NCBI GenBank assembly: GCA_013178015.1
Contig: JABLXR010000007.1
Span: 37,682 to 101,681 of the forward strand
Direction of reading: 5' to 3'
From: Anaerolineae bacterium
Lineage (GTDB): Bacteria; Chloroflexota; Anaerolineae; DRVO01
Length of the DNA: 64,000 nucleotides
The position numbers were made by a program, and so were the translations under genes. Under the pieces are notes generated by a model. The model was not told where the DNA came from, did no database searches, and saw nothing but the letters and a program-made list of their open reading frames with translations. Positions 37,585 to 47,467 of the stretch are shown here, in pieces (the stretch's first letter is position 1; every line of letters begins with the position of its first letter).

Positions 37585-38844
37585 ATGGCTCGCTATCTCG
37601 AAGACAACGTCGGTGGAATCACAGGTGGCTACGCTTTCGCGGATGGAGTCCAGCTCAAAGTCCCCTACTCCTTCATGGGTTCGATCTACGACGAGGAGGA
37701 GGAACAGGCCCTGCTGCACGTGATGCGGCAGGACTCCCTCACCGCCGGGCCCCAAGTGGCTTCCTTCCAGAAGGAGTTCGCCCAGTGGTGCGGAGTGAAG
37801 CACGCCTTCGCTACCACCAGCTGCACCACCGCCATGCACGTGGCCACTCAGGCCCTGGGCATCGGCGAGGGCGACGAGGTGATCATCACCCCCAACACCT
37901 TCATCGCCACCACCCTGGCCGTCCTCAAAGAGGGCGGCATCCCAGTCTATGCCGACATAGATCCCCGCACCTACAACATAGACCCGGCGGAGGTGGCCAA
38001 GAAAGTCACCGACAAGACCAAGGCCATCTTCGTGGTCCACTATGCCGGGCAGATGTGCGACATGGACCCCATCATGGAGGTCGCCCGGGCCCACGGCCTG
38101 GCGGTGCTGGAGGACTGCGCCCACGCCCACGGCTCCGAATACAAGGGCCAGAAGGCGGGCGCGGTGGGTGACGTGGGCTGCTTCAGCTTCCACTCCCTCA
38201 AGAACATGACTATGGGCGAAGGTGGGATGATTACCACCAACCGGGATGACCTGGTTCCCCGCATCGAGCTGTTGCGCAACATGAACATAAAGAGCTGGGA
38301 GAACCAGAAGTACTACTGGCTCCCCTCCCACTTCGACGTGGTGGATGTGGACGGCAAGTGGGGGGTCAACTACCGCATGAACGAGTTCCAGGCCGCCCTG
38401 GGCCGGTGCCAGTTGCGCAAGCTCCCCATGATGGTCGAGAAGCGCCGCGAGTTGGGCCGCCGCATCAACGCTGGGCTGCAGGGCATTCCGGGCATCACCC
38501 CGGTGTACGAGGACCCCAACTGCCACCACTCCTACCACCTCTACACCCTTTGCGTGGAGCCTGAGGAGCTGGGCGCCAGCCGGGATGAGTTCCTGCGGGC
38601 GCTGTACTACGAGGAGGGAGTGCAGGGCATCCTCCACTACCAGCCCAACTACGACTTCACCGGAGTGAAGAAGTACCTGGAGGAGCGAGGATACGGGGGC
38701 CAGTTCTGCCCCATCGCCGACAAGTTCTTCTACCGCCGGCAGATGAACCTGCCCATCCACCCGCGGCTCACCATGGAGGACGCCGACAACATCATCACCG
38801 GCGTCCGCAACGCCGCCGAGAAGGTGAGGGGCAGCGGCAAGTAA
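37585..38844 (+). CDS. DegT/DnrJ/EryC1/StrS-family PLP-dependent aminotransferase #2
   Basis: SFHSLKNMTMGEGG with the PLP-lysine, and the DegT fold throughout. ATG with a GGGAGG SD. Confidence 0.85.
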   Translation: MARYLEDNVGGITGGYAFADGVQLKVPYSFMGSIYDEEEEQALLHVMRQDSLTAGPQVASFQKEFAQWCGVKHAFATTSCTTAMHVATQALGIGEGDEVIITPNTFIATTLAVLKEGGIPVYADIDPRTYNIDPAEVAKKVTDKTKAIFVVHYAGQMCDMDPIMEVARAHGLAVLEDCAHAHGSEYKGQKAGAVGDVGCFSFHSLKNMTMGEGGMITTNRDDLVPRIELLRNMNIKSWENQKYYWLPSHFDVVDVDGKWGVNYRMNEFQAALGRCQLRKLPMMVEKRRELGRRINAGLQGIPGITPVYEDPNCHHSYHLYTLCVEPEELGASRDEFLRALYYEEGVQGILHYQPNYDFTGVKKYLEERGYGGQFCPIADKFFYRRQMNLPIHPRLTMEDADNIITGVRNAAEKVRGSGK

Positions 38845-38905
38845 GGAGTGGTGAGTACCACCGGGCACTCACCGCTCGTCACCCCCCAGCAAGGAGGAGC
38901 CTACC

Positions 38906-39967
38906 GTGGCAGTGAGATGGGGTGTCATCGGAGCCGGCGGGATCGCCGATCGCAGGACCATCCCGGAGATGCTGCAGGTTGCCGACAACGCGCAGCTGGT
39001 GGCTCTCATGGACGTGAGCGCGGAGGCCGTAGCCCGCGTCGCCGCCAAGTACGGCGTTTCTGCCATCTACACCGACGAGGAAGCTCTGCTAAGCGATCCT
39101 CAGGTGGAGGCAGTGTACATCGCCACGCCGCAAAACGTTCATCACCGCCAGGTGTTGGCGGCGGCCCGTCACGGCAAGCACGTGCTGTGTGAGAAGCCAA
39201 TGGCGACCAGTATGGCGGACGCCGAGGAGATGATCGAGGCCTGCGCTAGAGCGGGGGTCAAGCTCGGCCTCGACTACATGATGCGCTTCAACATCCATAA
39301 CCAGAAGATACGCGAGCTGGTGGCTAGCGGCGCCCTGGGCCAGTTGGTGATGGGCCGAGCAGAGCTCACCTGCTGGTATCCCCCCATGCCCACTGCCTGG
39401 CGCCAGAAGCGAGAAACCGCTTACGGCGGCTCCCTCATAGACATGGGCAGCCACTGCCTCGACATCCTGGAGTGGATCTTCGACAGCCGCATCACCGAGG
39501 TCTTCGCCTTCCACGATACCATCACCCACTCGTACGACGTCGAGGACACCTCTACCACCATCTTGCGCTTCGAGAACGGCGCCCATGGCATTGTAGACAA
39601 CTACTTCAACGTCCCCGACGAGGCCGCCAAGAACCTCCTCGAGGTCTACGGCACCCAGGGCAGCATCCTAGCCTCCGGCACCATCGGGCAGGACCCCACC
39701 GGCACCTTCACTTCCTACCTGGCCCCCCCGGGGCAGACCTACTCGCCCAACCAGGTGAGAGACTCGACCTCGCGCGTGCAGGCCAAGACTTACCAGTTCG
39801 AGGGCGTCCCCATGTACGGGACCATGGTCAAGCTGTTCAGCCAGGCTATCGAGGAGGGGGGCGAGCCCCCCGTGCCCGGCGAGGTGGGCCTGCACAACCT
39901 GCGGGTCATCATGGCCATCTACGAGGCGGCTCGCAGCGGCAGGCCGGTCAAGATCAGCTACGCGTAG
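38906..39967 (+). CDS. Gfo/Idh/MocA-family oxidoreductase
   Basis: VRWGVIGAGGIADRRTIPEM…CEKPMA. GTG start with an AGGAGG SD (8-nt spacing). Confidence 0.85.
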   Translation: MAVRWGVIGAGGIADRRTIPEMLQVADNAQLVALMDVSAEAVARVAAKYGVSAIYTDEEALLSDPQVEAVYIATPQNVHHRQVLAAARHGKHVLCEKPMATSMADAEEMIEACARAGVKLGLDYMMRFNIHNQKIRELVASGALGQLVMGRAELTCWYPPMPTAWRQKRETAYGGSLIDMGSHCLDILEWIFDSRITEVFAFHDTITHSYDVEDTSTTILRFENGAHGIVDNYFNVPDEAAKNLLEVYGTQGSILASGTIGQDPTGTFTSYLAPPGQTYSPNQVRDSTSRVQAKTYQFEGVPMYGTMVKLFSQAIEEGGEPPVPGEVGLHNLRVIMAIYEAARSGRPVKISYA

Positions 39968-39971
39968 GGCT

Positions 39972-40083
39972 CGCCACAGAGACACGGAGGCACAGAGCGA
40001 TGGCCAATAGGGACCAGGCTGGGAGCGGCATGGCGACACCGGCTCTCGCTCGGTTCCGCTCTGTGTCTCTGCGACTCCGTGGC
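39972..40083. repeat. REP-like purine-rich imperfect palindrome (family core CACAGAGACACGGAG)
   Basis: Left arm ccacagagacacggaggcacagagcg (39973-39999) and right arm cgctctgtgtctctgcgactccgtgg (40057-40083), nearly reverse-complementary, immediately after the Gfo stop codon. Confidence 0.55.
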
Positions 40084-40095
40084 TGACCGGGAGGG

Positions 40096-41394
40096 ATGAC
40101 TTTGGCTGAGTTGGCGATTAACGGCGGAGCTCCGGTCAGGACGAGGGAGTGGCCGGCTTGGCCGGTCCACGATGAGCGCGAGGTGGAAGCCATCACCGAG
40201 GTCACCCGGAGCGGCAAGTGGTGGCGCTTCGCTTACGCTTCCGGAGTGGAACTTAACGAGGATTTGAGCGCCCGGGAGCTCTCCAAGGTGGTGCAGTTCG
40301 GCCTTGCCTTCGCTCGCCACCACGGGGCTCGCTACGGCATCGCCATGGCCAACGGCACCGGCACCCTGGAAGTGGCCCTGAGGGCCCTGGGCGTCGGCCC
40401 CGGCGACGAGGTCATCGTACCCGCCTACACCTACGTGGCCAGCGCCACCAGCGTGCTGCAGGTGAACGCCGTCCCCATCTTCGTGGACGTCGAGCCCGAT
40501 ACCTACAACCTCGATCCGTCCCTCCTGGAGGGCGCCATCAGCGAGCGCACCCGGGCCATCATGCCGGTGCACTTCGGAGGCCAGTCCTGCGACATGGACG
40601 CCATCCTCGAGATCGCCCGCCGGCACGGCCTGGCGGTGGTAGAGGATGCTGCCCACGGCCACGGGTCCGAGTGGAAGGGCCGCAAGGTCGGGGCCCTGGG
40701 TGACGTGGGCTCGTTCAGCTTCCAGTCCTCCAAGAACATGACAGCGGGCGAGGGAGGCATCGTCCTCACCAACGATCGAGCCCTGGCGGAGAAGTGCGAC
40801 TCTTTGCTCTGGGCCGGCCGCCAGAAGGGCCGGCCCTGGTATGAGTTCCACCAGCTAGGGTGGAACCACCGTATGACCGAGTTCCAGGCTGCCATCCTGC
40901 TGGTTCAGCTGCAGCGGCTGGAGGAGCAGAACGCCCGCCGGATGCAGAACGTCCGCTACCTTAATGATAGGCTGGCGGGGATGGAGGGCCTTCAGCCATT
41001 GCGCTGGGACGAAAGGGCCACCAAGCACAGCTTCTACCTCTACATCCTGCGCTACGACCCGGCCGCGTTCGGCGGCCTGCCCCGGGCCCGGTTCGTGGAG
41101 GCCCTGGCGGCGGAGGGCGTGCCCGCCTTCACCGGTTACACCTTTCCGGTGTATGCCAATCCCATGTTTCTGGACCAAAACTTCCACGGGAAGGGGTGCC
41201 CGGTCAACTGCCATCACTACGGCGGCACCGTAGACTACGCCAGTTTCGCCCGAACCTGCCCTGTCACTGAGAGAGCCTGCTACGAGGAGTCCATCTGGCT
41301 GGAGCACCGGCTCTTCCTGGGCGATCAGGGCGACATGGACGACATAGCTGAGGCGCTGGCCAAGGTCGGCACCAACGTCAGGGAGTTGGCCTGA
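40096..41394 (+). CDS. DegT/DnrJ/EryC1/StrS-family PLP-dependent aminotransferase #3
   Basis: MTLAELAINGGAPVR… and SFQSSKNMTAGEGG. The GGGAGGG SD abuts the ATG at 40096, so the true start may be the TTG at 40102. Confidence 0.85.
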   Translation: MTLAELAINGGAPVRTREWPAWPVHDEREVEAITEVTRSGKWWRFAYASGVELNEDLSARELSKVVQFGLAFARHHGARYGIAMANGTGTLEVALRALGVGPGDEVIVPAYTYVASATSVLQVNAVPIFVDVEPDTYNLDPSLLEGAISERTRAIMPVHFGGQSCDMDAILEIARRHGLAVVEDAAHGHGSEWKGRKVGALGDVGSFSFQSSKNMTAGEGGIVLTNDRALAEKCDSLLWAGRQKGRPWYEFHQLGWNHRMTEFQAAILLVQLQRLEEQNARRMQNVRYLNDRLAGMEGLQPLRWDERATKHSFYLYILRYDPAAFGGLPRARFVEALAAEGVPAFTGYTFPVYANPMFLDQNFHGKGCPVNCHHYGGTVDYASFARTCPVTERACYEESIWLEHRLFLGDQGDMDDIAEALAKVGTNVRELA

Positions 41395-41558
41395 CCACGC
41401 CGCGAGGATGAACGAGGTGCAAGGAAAGGAGGTGGTGTCGAGCTCGAGGGGCGCCGCGCCCGGCGCGAGGCGCCCAAGGTGGAGCGTCCGCTTCGCAGGG
41501 GAGTAAGTACAGCGTAGCTCCCGCCGTAAGCCAGCGACCTGGCGAGGAGGTAAGGCAG

Positions 41559-42938
41559 ATGTCTGCTCAGAGTCGAGGAATCTCTCGTCGTAGGCTCATG
41601 AAGGCCGGGGCAGCAGCCATGGGAGCGGCCGCTCTGGCGGCGTGCCAGGCGGCCACTCCCCAGGTGGTGGAGAAGGTCGTCGAAGTCGAGAAGGAAGTCA
41701 CCAAGATTGTCGAGCAGACGGTAGAAGTGCCGGCAGCCGCCAAACCGGTGGAGATCCGAGTGGCCTTCTACGTCATGGGCGACTCCTGGATGGCCAACGC
41801 GGAGGAGGCCATCGCGGACTTCGAGAGCAAGAACCCCAACGTCAAGGTCAACATCGAGTGGCGGCCCGGCGCGGAGTACTGGACCAAGCTCCAGACGGAG
41901 TTCGCCGGCGGCGTCGCTCCCGACGTCAGCGTGAACCAGATGGACTGGGTGATCCCGGGCGCTGCCCGAGGCATGTGGTTGGACCTAAAGCCGTTCATTG
42001 AGCGTGATGGCTTCGACATGAGCCAGTATTTCTACCCCATGGACCTGGAGTGGGAGTGGCAGGGCGGGCTCTACGGCGGGCTCCTCTACGCCGGCGGCCA
42101 GACGCTCATGATCAACAAAGACATCCTGGGCGAGGCTGGGCTGGAGATGCCCACCGCCGACTGGACCTGGGATGACTTGCTGGCCTACGCCAAGGCCATG
42201 ACCGACCCAGAGAAAGGCCAGTACGGGCTCTTCGGAGCTACGAGCGCTCCGCCTTACTGGTCCTGCTCCTTCATCCACGGCAACGGGGGCACCGTCCTCA
42301 ACGACGCCTATAACAAGTGCACCCTCACGGAGGACCCGGCGGTCGAGGCAGTGAACTGGCTCTACGAGCGCATGTTTACCGACCAGGTTATGCCTACTCC
42401 GGCGAGCCTCACGGGGCAGGAGAGCCCGTGGCTGACCGGCAAGATCGGCATGGCTTTCCAGGGGACTTGGGCAGAGAGCCAGACGCGCGACGCCAACTTG
42501 TTCGACTGGGACTTCGCTCCCATGCCCAAGCATCCGGTGACGGGTAAGAAGAGCGTCCAGCTCGGCTCCAACACCTGGTCCATCCTGGCCAACACCCGCA
42601 ACCGTGAGGAAGCGTGGCAGTTCGTCAAGTTCATGATGGGGGTCGAGGGCCAGACCTGGATGATGAGATTCGGCATTCCCGGCATCACCAGTGTGGTGGA
42701 GAGCCAGGCCTTCAAGGACCTGCACGCGCCTCAGAACATCCAGGTCGTCGTGGATGACTTCGCCTGCTGCGGTCACGACTACTACCCGACGGCGGACTGC
42801 GGGGAATGGTGGACCGCGTGCGGCCAGGAGTGGAGCGCGATCTGGTCCGGCGAGCTCACCGTGGAAGAAGCGTTGACGAACGCCTGTGTCGCCATGGACG
42901 AGGTGTTCGCGCGACGTCCTCCCATCTACGAGAAGTAG
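41559..42938 (+). CDS. Extracellular solute-binding lipoprotein of a sugar ABC transporter (twin-arginine signal)
   Basis: MSAQSRGISRRRLMKAGAAAMGAAALAAC… with a lipobox. AGGAGG SD. Confidence 0.85.
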   Translation: MSAQSRGISRRRLMKAGAAAMGAAALAACQAATPQVVEKVVEVEKEVTKIVEQTVEVPAAAKPVEIRVAFYVMGDSWMANAEEAIADFESKNPNVKVNIEWRPGAEYWTKLQTEFAGGVAPDVSVNQMDWVIPGAARGMWLDLKPFIERDGFDMSQYFYPMDLEWEWQGGLYGGLLYAGGQTLMINKDILGEAGLEMPTADWTWDDLLAYAKAMTDPEKGQYGLFGATSAPPYWSCSFIHGNGGTVLNDAYNKCTLTEDPAVEAVNWLYERMFTDQVMPTPASLTGQESPWLTGKIGMAFQGTWAESQTRDANLFDWDFAPMPKHPVTGKKSVQLGSNTWSILANTRNREEAWQFVKFMMGVEGQTWMMRFGIPGITSVVESQAFKDLHAPQNIQVVVDDFACCGHDYYPTADCGEWWTACGQEWSAIWSGELTVEEALTNACVAMDEVFARRPPIYEK

Positions 42939-42979
42939 CGACGGGAGCAGCCCTCACCCGCCCTCTGCTCTCGGCCGCG

Positions 42980-43079
42980 AGGGGAGAGGGGGAGACGCGG
43001 CGACGGAGAGAGGGGGAGATACGGAGACAGGGGGAACGGGGCAGGACGGTTCTGCGCCTCTCCCTGTCTCTCCCTCTCC
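42980..43079. repeat. REP-like purine-rich imperfect palindrome between the binding-protein and permease genes
   Basis: gaggggagagggggagacgcggcgacggagagagggggagatacggagacaggg … ccctgtctctccctctcc. The stem-loop sits where differential expression of binding protein versus permease is usually set. Confidence 0.5.
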
Positions 43080-43123
43080 ATGACGGGTGAGGCCCACCGG
43101 AGGAGCAACCTAAGGAGGCTGAC

Positions 43124-44059
43124 ATGCAAGCGAGGGCCGTGGTAAGGGCCGGCAGGCGCAGGATGTCCCCTTCCGAGCGACGCGAGGCCATAGAGGGGTA
43201 CGTCTCCATCTCGCCCTGGCTCTTCGGGCTGGTCATCTTCACCCTCGGCCCCATTGTCGCTTCGCTCTACTTCAGCTTCACCGAATACGAAGTGGTCAAG
43301 ACGCCGGTCTTCATCGGGCTAGACAACTACCAGCGCCTGGTGGGAGACCGTCTCTTCTGGCAGTCGCTCAAGGTGACCGGCACCTATGTCGGAGTCTCGG
43401 TGCCGGTGGGCATCCTGCTGTCGTTCGCCGTGGCTTTGCTGATGAACCAGAAAGTGCGCCTTATCGGGTTCTTCCGCACGGCCTACTACATGCCCAATCT
43501 GGTGCCAGCGGTGGGTTCGGCCATCCTCTGGATCTGGATCTTCAACCCTGAGTTCGGTCTGCTCAACACCTTCCTCGCCAGCATCGGCATCCAGGGGCCC
43601 CTGTGGCTGGCTCACAGCAAGTGGGCCCTCCCGGCCCTGATCATCATGAGCCTCTGGGGCGTAGGAGGGGGGATGCTCATCTACCTGGCCGGCCTGCAGG
43701 GTATTCCCACGGACCTATATGAGGCAGCAGAGGTGGATGGCGCGGGGCAGTGGCGCCGGTTCCTTCACGTGACCGTGCCTCAGATGACGCCCGTGCTGTT
43801 CTTCAACTTGGTGATGGGCATCATCGGCAGCTTCCAGGTATTCACCGCCGGCTACATCATGACCGGCGGAGGGCCCCGATACGCCACCTACTTCTACGTG
43901 CTCTACCTGTATAACAACGCCTTCCAGTACTTCCGCATGGGATACGCCTCTGCCCTGGCCTGGATCCTGGCCATCATCATTCTCTTCTTCACTCTCCTGG
44001 TCTTCCGGTCGTCCAGTGCCTGGGTGTACTACGAGGGGCAACTGCGGGGGAGGGGCTAG
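43124..44059 (+). CDS. Sugar ABC transporter permease (MalF/UgpA-like)
   Basis: EAA loop LYEAAEVDGAGQWRRFLHVTVP and 6 TM segments. Confidence 0.85.
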   Translation: MQARAVVRAGRRRMSPSERREAIEGYVSISPWLFGLVIFTLGPIVASLYFSFTEYEVVKTPVFIGLDNYQRLVGDRLFWQSLKVTGTYVGVSVPVGILLSFAVALLMNQKVRLIGFFRTAYYMPNLVPAVGSAILWIWIFNPEFGLLNTFLASIGIQGPLWLAHSKWALPALIIMSLWGVGGGMLIYLAGLQGIPTDLYEAAEVDGAGQWRRFLHVTVPQMTPVLFFNLVMGIIGSFQVFTAGYIMTGGGPRYATYFYVLYLYNNAFQYFRMGYASALAWILAIIILFFTLLVFRSSSAWVYYEGQLRGRG

Positions 44060-44063
44060 ACAG

Positions 44064-44966
44064 ATGGCGAACACCGCGGCAGTCGCCAAGACCAGCACCC
44101 GGCCCACCGGCGCCAGAGCCTTCCTCGCCAGGCGCTCGGTTCAGAGGTACATCGGCAGGACGCTCATTTACCTACTCCTAGTAGCCGGGGCCGTCGTCCT
44201 CATGATGCCTCTGGCCTGGCTGCTCTCCAGCTCTCTCAAGCCTTCGGGGCTGATATTCGTGGTACCGCCCCAGTGGATTCCTGACCCCATCGCCTGGCAG
44301 AACTACGCCCAGGTCTGGGAGATGATCCCGTTCGGTCTCTACTTGCGGAACACCCTTGTGATAACCGTGTTCTGCATCATCGGAGCTTCGGCGTCAGCGG
44401 CGATTGTGGCCTTCGGCTTCGCTCGGCTTCGATTCCCCGGCCGGGACGTTCTCTTTCTAGTGCTGTTGAGCACCATCATGATCCCGGAACAGGTGACCCT
44501 CATCCCGACCTACGTGCTTTTCCGCATACTGGGCTGGCTGGATAGCTACTATCCCCTGATCGTGCCCGCCTTCTTCGGCGGCGGTGCCTTCAACATCTTC
44601 CTCCTGCGCCAGTACTACATGAGGTTGCCCCTCGAGCTGGACGACGCCGCCCGGATAGATGGCTGCAGCTCCTTCGGCATCTTCCGACGGATCCTGCTCC
44701 CGCAGTGTCGCCCGGCCCTGGGCGTGATCGCTATCCTGCTGTTCATGGGCAATTGGAATGGCTTCTTCCTGCCCCTCATCTACCTCAACTCGCCTGACAA
44801 GTACACCCTGGCTCTGGGCCTCAACCTGTTCCGCGGCACCCAGTACACCGCCTGGAACCTGCTCATGGCCGCTTCCACCATGGTGTCGCTGCCATGCATC
44901 GTGCTCTACTTCGTGGCCCAGAGATACTTCATCCAGGGCATCGTCTTCACCGGAATCAAGGGCTAG
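44064..44966 (+). CDS. Sugar ABC transporter permease (MalG-like)
   Basis: EAA loop ELDDAARIDGCSSFGIFRRILLP. Start at the ATG 44064 (MANTAAV…) with a GGGGAGGGG SD; the track ORF is extended by 16 codons. Confidence 0.8.
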   Translation: MANTAAVAKTSTRPTGARAFLARRSVQRYIGRTLIYLLLVAGAVVLMMPLAWLLSSSLKPSGLIFVVPPQWIPDPIAWQNYAQVWEMIPFGLYLRNTLVITVFCIIGASASAAIVAFGFARLRFPGRDVLFLVLLSTIMIPEQVTLIPTYVLFRILGWLDSYYPLIVPAFFGGGAFNIFLLRQYYMRLPLELDDAARIDGCSSFGIFRRILLPQCRPALGVIAILLFMGNWNGFFLPLIYLNSPDKYTLALGLNLFRGTQYTAWNLLMAASTMVSLPCIVLYFVAQRYFIQGIVFTGIKG

Positions 44967-44967
44967 C

Positions 44968-45120
44968 CACAGAGACACGGAGACACCGAGAGGGGGAGAG
45001 GGAGCGACACGGAGAAGCGCAAAGCACAGACAGTGAGAGAGGAAGAGACACCGACTTCACTCCCTCTCCGTGTCTCATTGTCTCCCCTTCTCTCCCTTAC
45101 TGTGCTTCCGTGTTTCGGTG
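44968..45120. repeat. REP-like purine-rich imperfect palindrome (largest family member, arms about 70 nt)
   Basis: ccacagagacacggagacaccgagagggggagagggagcgacacggag … ctccgtgtctcattgtctccccttctctccc, centred near 45055. Confidence 0.55.
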
Positions 45121-45141
45121 GCTGCCCCGAGGAGGCATCGG

Positions 45142-46308
45142 TTGGATGAGATACGCATAGCCGTTGTGGGACTCGGCTGGCGCGGCATCGGCACCTGGTT
45201 CGGCATCCTGCAGTCCATGCCAGGCTACCGTATCACTGCCATATGTGACCCGCTTGAGCAGCTGCACGAGAGGGCGGTGTCGCGGCTGAAGCGCCCGGAC
45301 GAGGTCAAGGTCTACACCCACTACGAGGACGTCCTGTCCGACGACAACGTTGACGCCGTGGCCCTCACCGTGCGCTGCCAGGAGCAGGGAGCCCTGGCCG
45401 CCATGGCCCTGGAGGCGGGCAAGCACGTCAACAGCGAGGTGCCGGCTTCTCACAGCATCGAGGACTGCTGGCGGATCGTTCTGGCCCAAGAGCGCTCGGG
45501 CAAGGTGTACCAACTGGCGGAACAGACACGTTACTGGGGCTTCGTGGAGGCCTGGCGCGAGATGGTGGCCCAGGGTCAGCTAGGCCACGTCACCCTGTGC
45601 GAGGGTCAGTACTTCCACTACTACGTGGGTCAGCACTTCCGCGATCGGGCCTCGGGGCGATTCCTGCATCCCAGCGAAGTGAGCCGCTACCCGGGAGCGG
45701 AGGGCACCTGGCTCAACCGCATGCCACCTATCCACTACCTCCCCCACGAGCTCAGCCCTATGCTTAAGGTCCTGGATGATCGGGTGACGCAGGTGGTGGC
45801 CATGAGCACCCGGGACCGGAGCTACGCTCATCCCCAGATCGAGACGGCCGACATGCAGATGGCTCTCATGAAGACCGAGAAGGATGCCATCCTCCGGATG
45901 GGAGTCTCCTTCTCTCAGCCTCACCCCGAGGCCAACTATCACTGGTATCACGTCATGGGGACGCTCGGCGCAGTGGAGTGGAAGCGGGCCAATCGAGACC
46001 GGCCCCGCATGTGGTTGGCCAACGCCCAGATGCACGACATGGCCGAGGTGGACTGGCGCTACGAGCGCACCGACGCCCCGGCGGAAGCGCGTGGCAGCGG
46101 TCACGGCGACGCCGACTACTACGTCCACGCCGCCTTTCGTGATGCCGTCCTGCAGGGCAAGCCCCTGGAGTTCGACGTCTACCAGGCCATGGACACGGCC
46201 GCACCCGCCATCCTGGCCGCCCAGTCCATCGCCGAGGGCAGCGTCCCACTGGAAGTGCCCGACTTTCGGCCTGGCAACGGCCGGGCCAGGGGCTCCGGGC
46301 CCAAGTGA
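45142..46308 (+). CDS. Gfo/Idh/MocA-like oxidoreductase with an extended C-terminal domain
   Basis: IRIAVVGLGWRGIG Rossmann motif. TTG start at 45142 with a GAGGAGG SD (6-nt spacing), giving MDEIRIAVVGLG…; the track extension is rejected. Confidence 0.7.
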   Translation: MDEIRIAVVGLGWRGIGTWFGILQSMPGYRITAICDPLEQLHERAVSRLKRPDEVKVYTHYEDVLSDDNVDAVALTVRCQEQGALAAMALEAGKHVNSEVPASHSIEDCWRIVLAQERSGKVYQLAEQTRYWGFVEAWREMVAQGQLGHVTLCEGQYFHYYVGQHFRDRASGRFLHPSEVSRYPGAEGTWLNRMPPIHYLPHELSPMLKVLDDRVTQVVAMSTRDRSYAHPQIETADMQMALMKTEKDAILRMGVSFSQPHPEANYHWYHVMGTLGAVEWKRANRDRPRMWLANAQMHDMAEVDWRYERTDAPAEARGSGHGDADYYVHAAFRDAVLQGKPLEFDVYQAMDTAAPAILAAQSIAEGSVPLEVPDFRPGNGRARGSGPK

Positions 46309-46331
46309 GCAGAGCGAGCGAGGAGAGTGCC

Positions 46332-47354
46332 ATGGCCGAGTACGGCATAGGCATCTGGGGAGCCGGATGGGTGGCAGGAGAGCACGCCCGCGCCTACACC
46401 AACAACCCCAAAGCTCGAGTGGTGGCGGTGGGCAGCCGCACGCTGGAAGGGGCCAGGCGGCGCATCGAGGAGTGGGGCATCGTCGGTTGCCGGGCCTACG
46501 ATGACCTGGAGGAGCTTCTGGCCCACCCGGAGCTGGACGTCGTTTCGGTGTGTACCCCCAACTACCGCCACGCCGCCGACGTGGTCGCCATCGCGTCGGC
46601 GGGCAAGCACATCCTCATCGAGAAACCACCCGCCACCGACCTGGAAGGCCTGCGGGCCATGCGGGACGCCGTCCGGCAGGCGGGCGTCAAGACGCTCGTG
46701 GGCTTCGTGTTACACTGGCACCCGCTGTTCCAGGCAGTGAAGCGGGTGGTCGCCGGCGGGCTATTGGGCCGGGTGATCATGGCCCAGCTGGATTACTGGC
46801 ACCGCCTGACCGCCGAGGACCAACTCCCCCTCTACGCCTGGCTGGTGAGTAGGGAGAAAGCGGGGAGCATCTTCCTGGCCGGCGGGTCCCACCCCATGGA
46901 CGCGGTGCGCTGGTTTCTGGGCGGCGAGATCGAGGAGGTTTGCGGCTACTCCACCGAGCCCTCGGGGGACTACGACTACCCCACCACCACCGTGGGACTG
47001 CTGCGCTTTCGGGATGGCGCCATCGCCAAGATCAGCGCCTGCGTAGAGGCCTACCTACCCTACACCTTCAACATCGACCTGCTGGGGGAAGAGGGTACCC
47101 TGCGAGACGAGCGCGTCTGCAGCCGCAAGCTGGGAGACGGTAAGGAATGGGTGGACCTGGGCGTGGCCGCTCCCCATAGCGGCGAGGTCAGCGCCCATCC
47201 CTTCCAAGCCGAGATCAACTACTTCCTGGACTGCCTAGACCGCGGCGTGGACTCGGAGATCAACCTGGAGGACGGGGTCAAGACCACCGAGGCCTGCCTG
47301 GCGGTGGACATGGCGGCGGTCTCGGGCAGGCCAGTGAAGCTGCCGCTGCTGTAG
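46332..47354 (+). CDS. Gfo/Idh/MocA-family oxidoreductase
   Basis: MAEYGIGIWGAGWVAGEHARAY…IEKPPA. ATG at 46332 with an AGGAG SD. Confidence 0.8.
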   Translation: MAEYGIGIWGAGWVAGEHARAYTNNPKARVVAVGSRTLEGARRRIEEWGIVGCRAYDDLEELLAHPELDVVSVCTPNYRHAADVVAIASAGKHILIEKPPATDLEGLRAMRDAVRQAGVKTLVGFVLHWHPLFQAVKRVVAGGLLGRVIMAQLDYWHRLTAEDQLPLYAWLVSREKAGSIFLAGGSHPMDAVRWFLGGEIEEVCGYSTEPSGDYDYPTTTVGLLRFRDGAIAKISACVEAYLPYTFNIDLLGEEGTLRDERVCSRKLGDGKEWVDLGVAAPHSGEVSAHPFQAEINYFLDCLDRGVDSEINLEDGVKTTEACLAVDMAAVSGRPVKLPLL

Positions 47355-47369
47355 CCCTGCCGCGAACCG

Positions 47370-47436
47370 GCCACAGGGACACAGAGGCACGGAGCACCAG
47401 AGAAGGAACCTCCGTCACTCCGTGCCTTGGTGGGAG
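47370..47436. repeat. REP-like imperfect palindrome (ccacagggacacagaggcacggag … ctccgtcactccgtgcc)
   Basis: Same core as the other family members, immediately after the Gfo stop codon. Confidence 0.5.
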
Positions 47437-47467
47437 TCACGACTAAGCACGAAGTGGAGCAGCCGGA

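Noticed and set aside
36964-38868. 634-aa minus-strand ORF
   Set aside because: Antisense to DegT#2 and the ROK gene. Composition is Gly/Arg/Pro-biased with no domain signatures, a GC-driven shadow ORF.
42980-43079. A possible CRISPR array or simple low-complexity tract in the purine-rich GGAGAG region
   Set aside because: There is no regular repeat-spacer periodicity and no cas genes. The sequence folds as an imperfect inverted repeat and belongs to the REP-like family.
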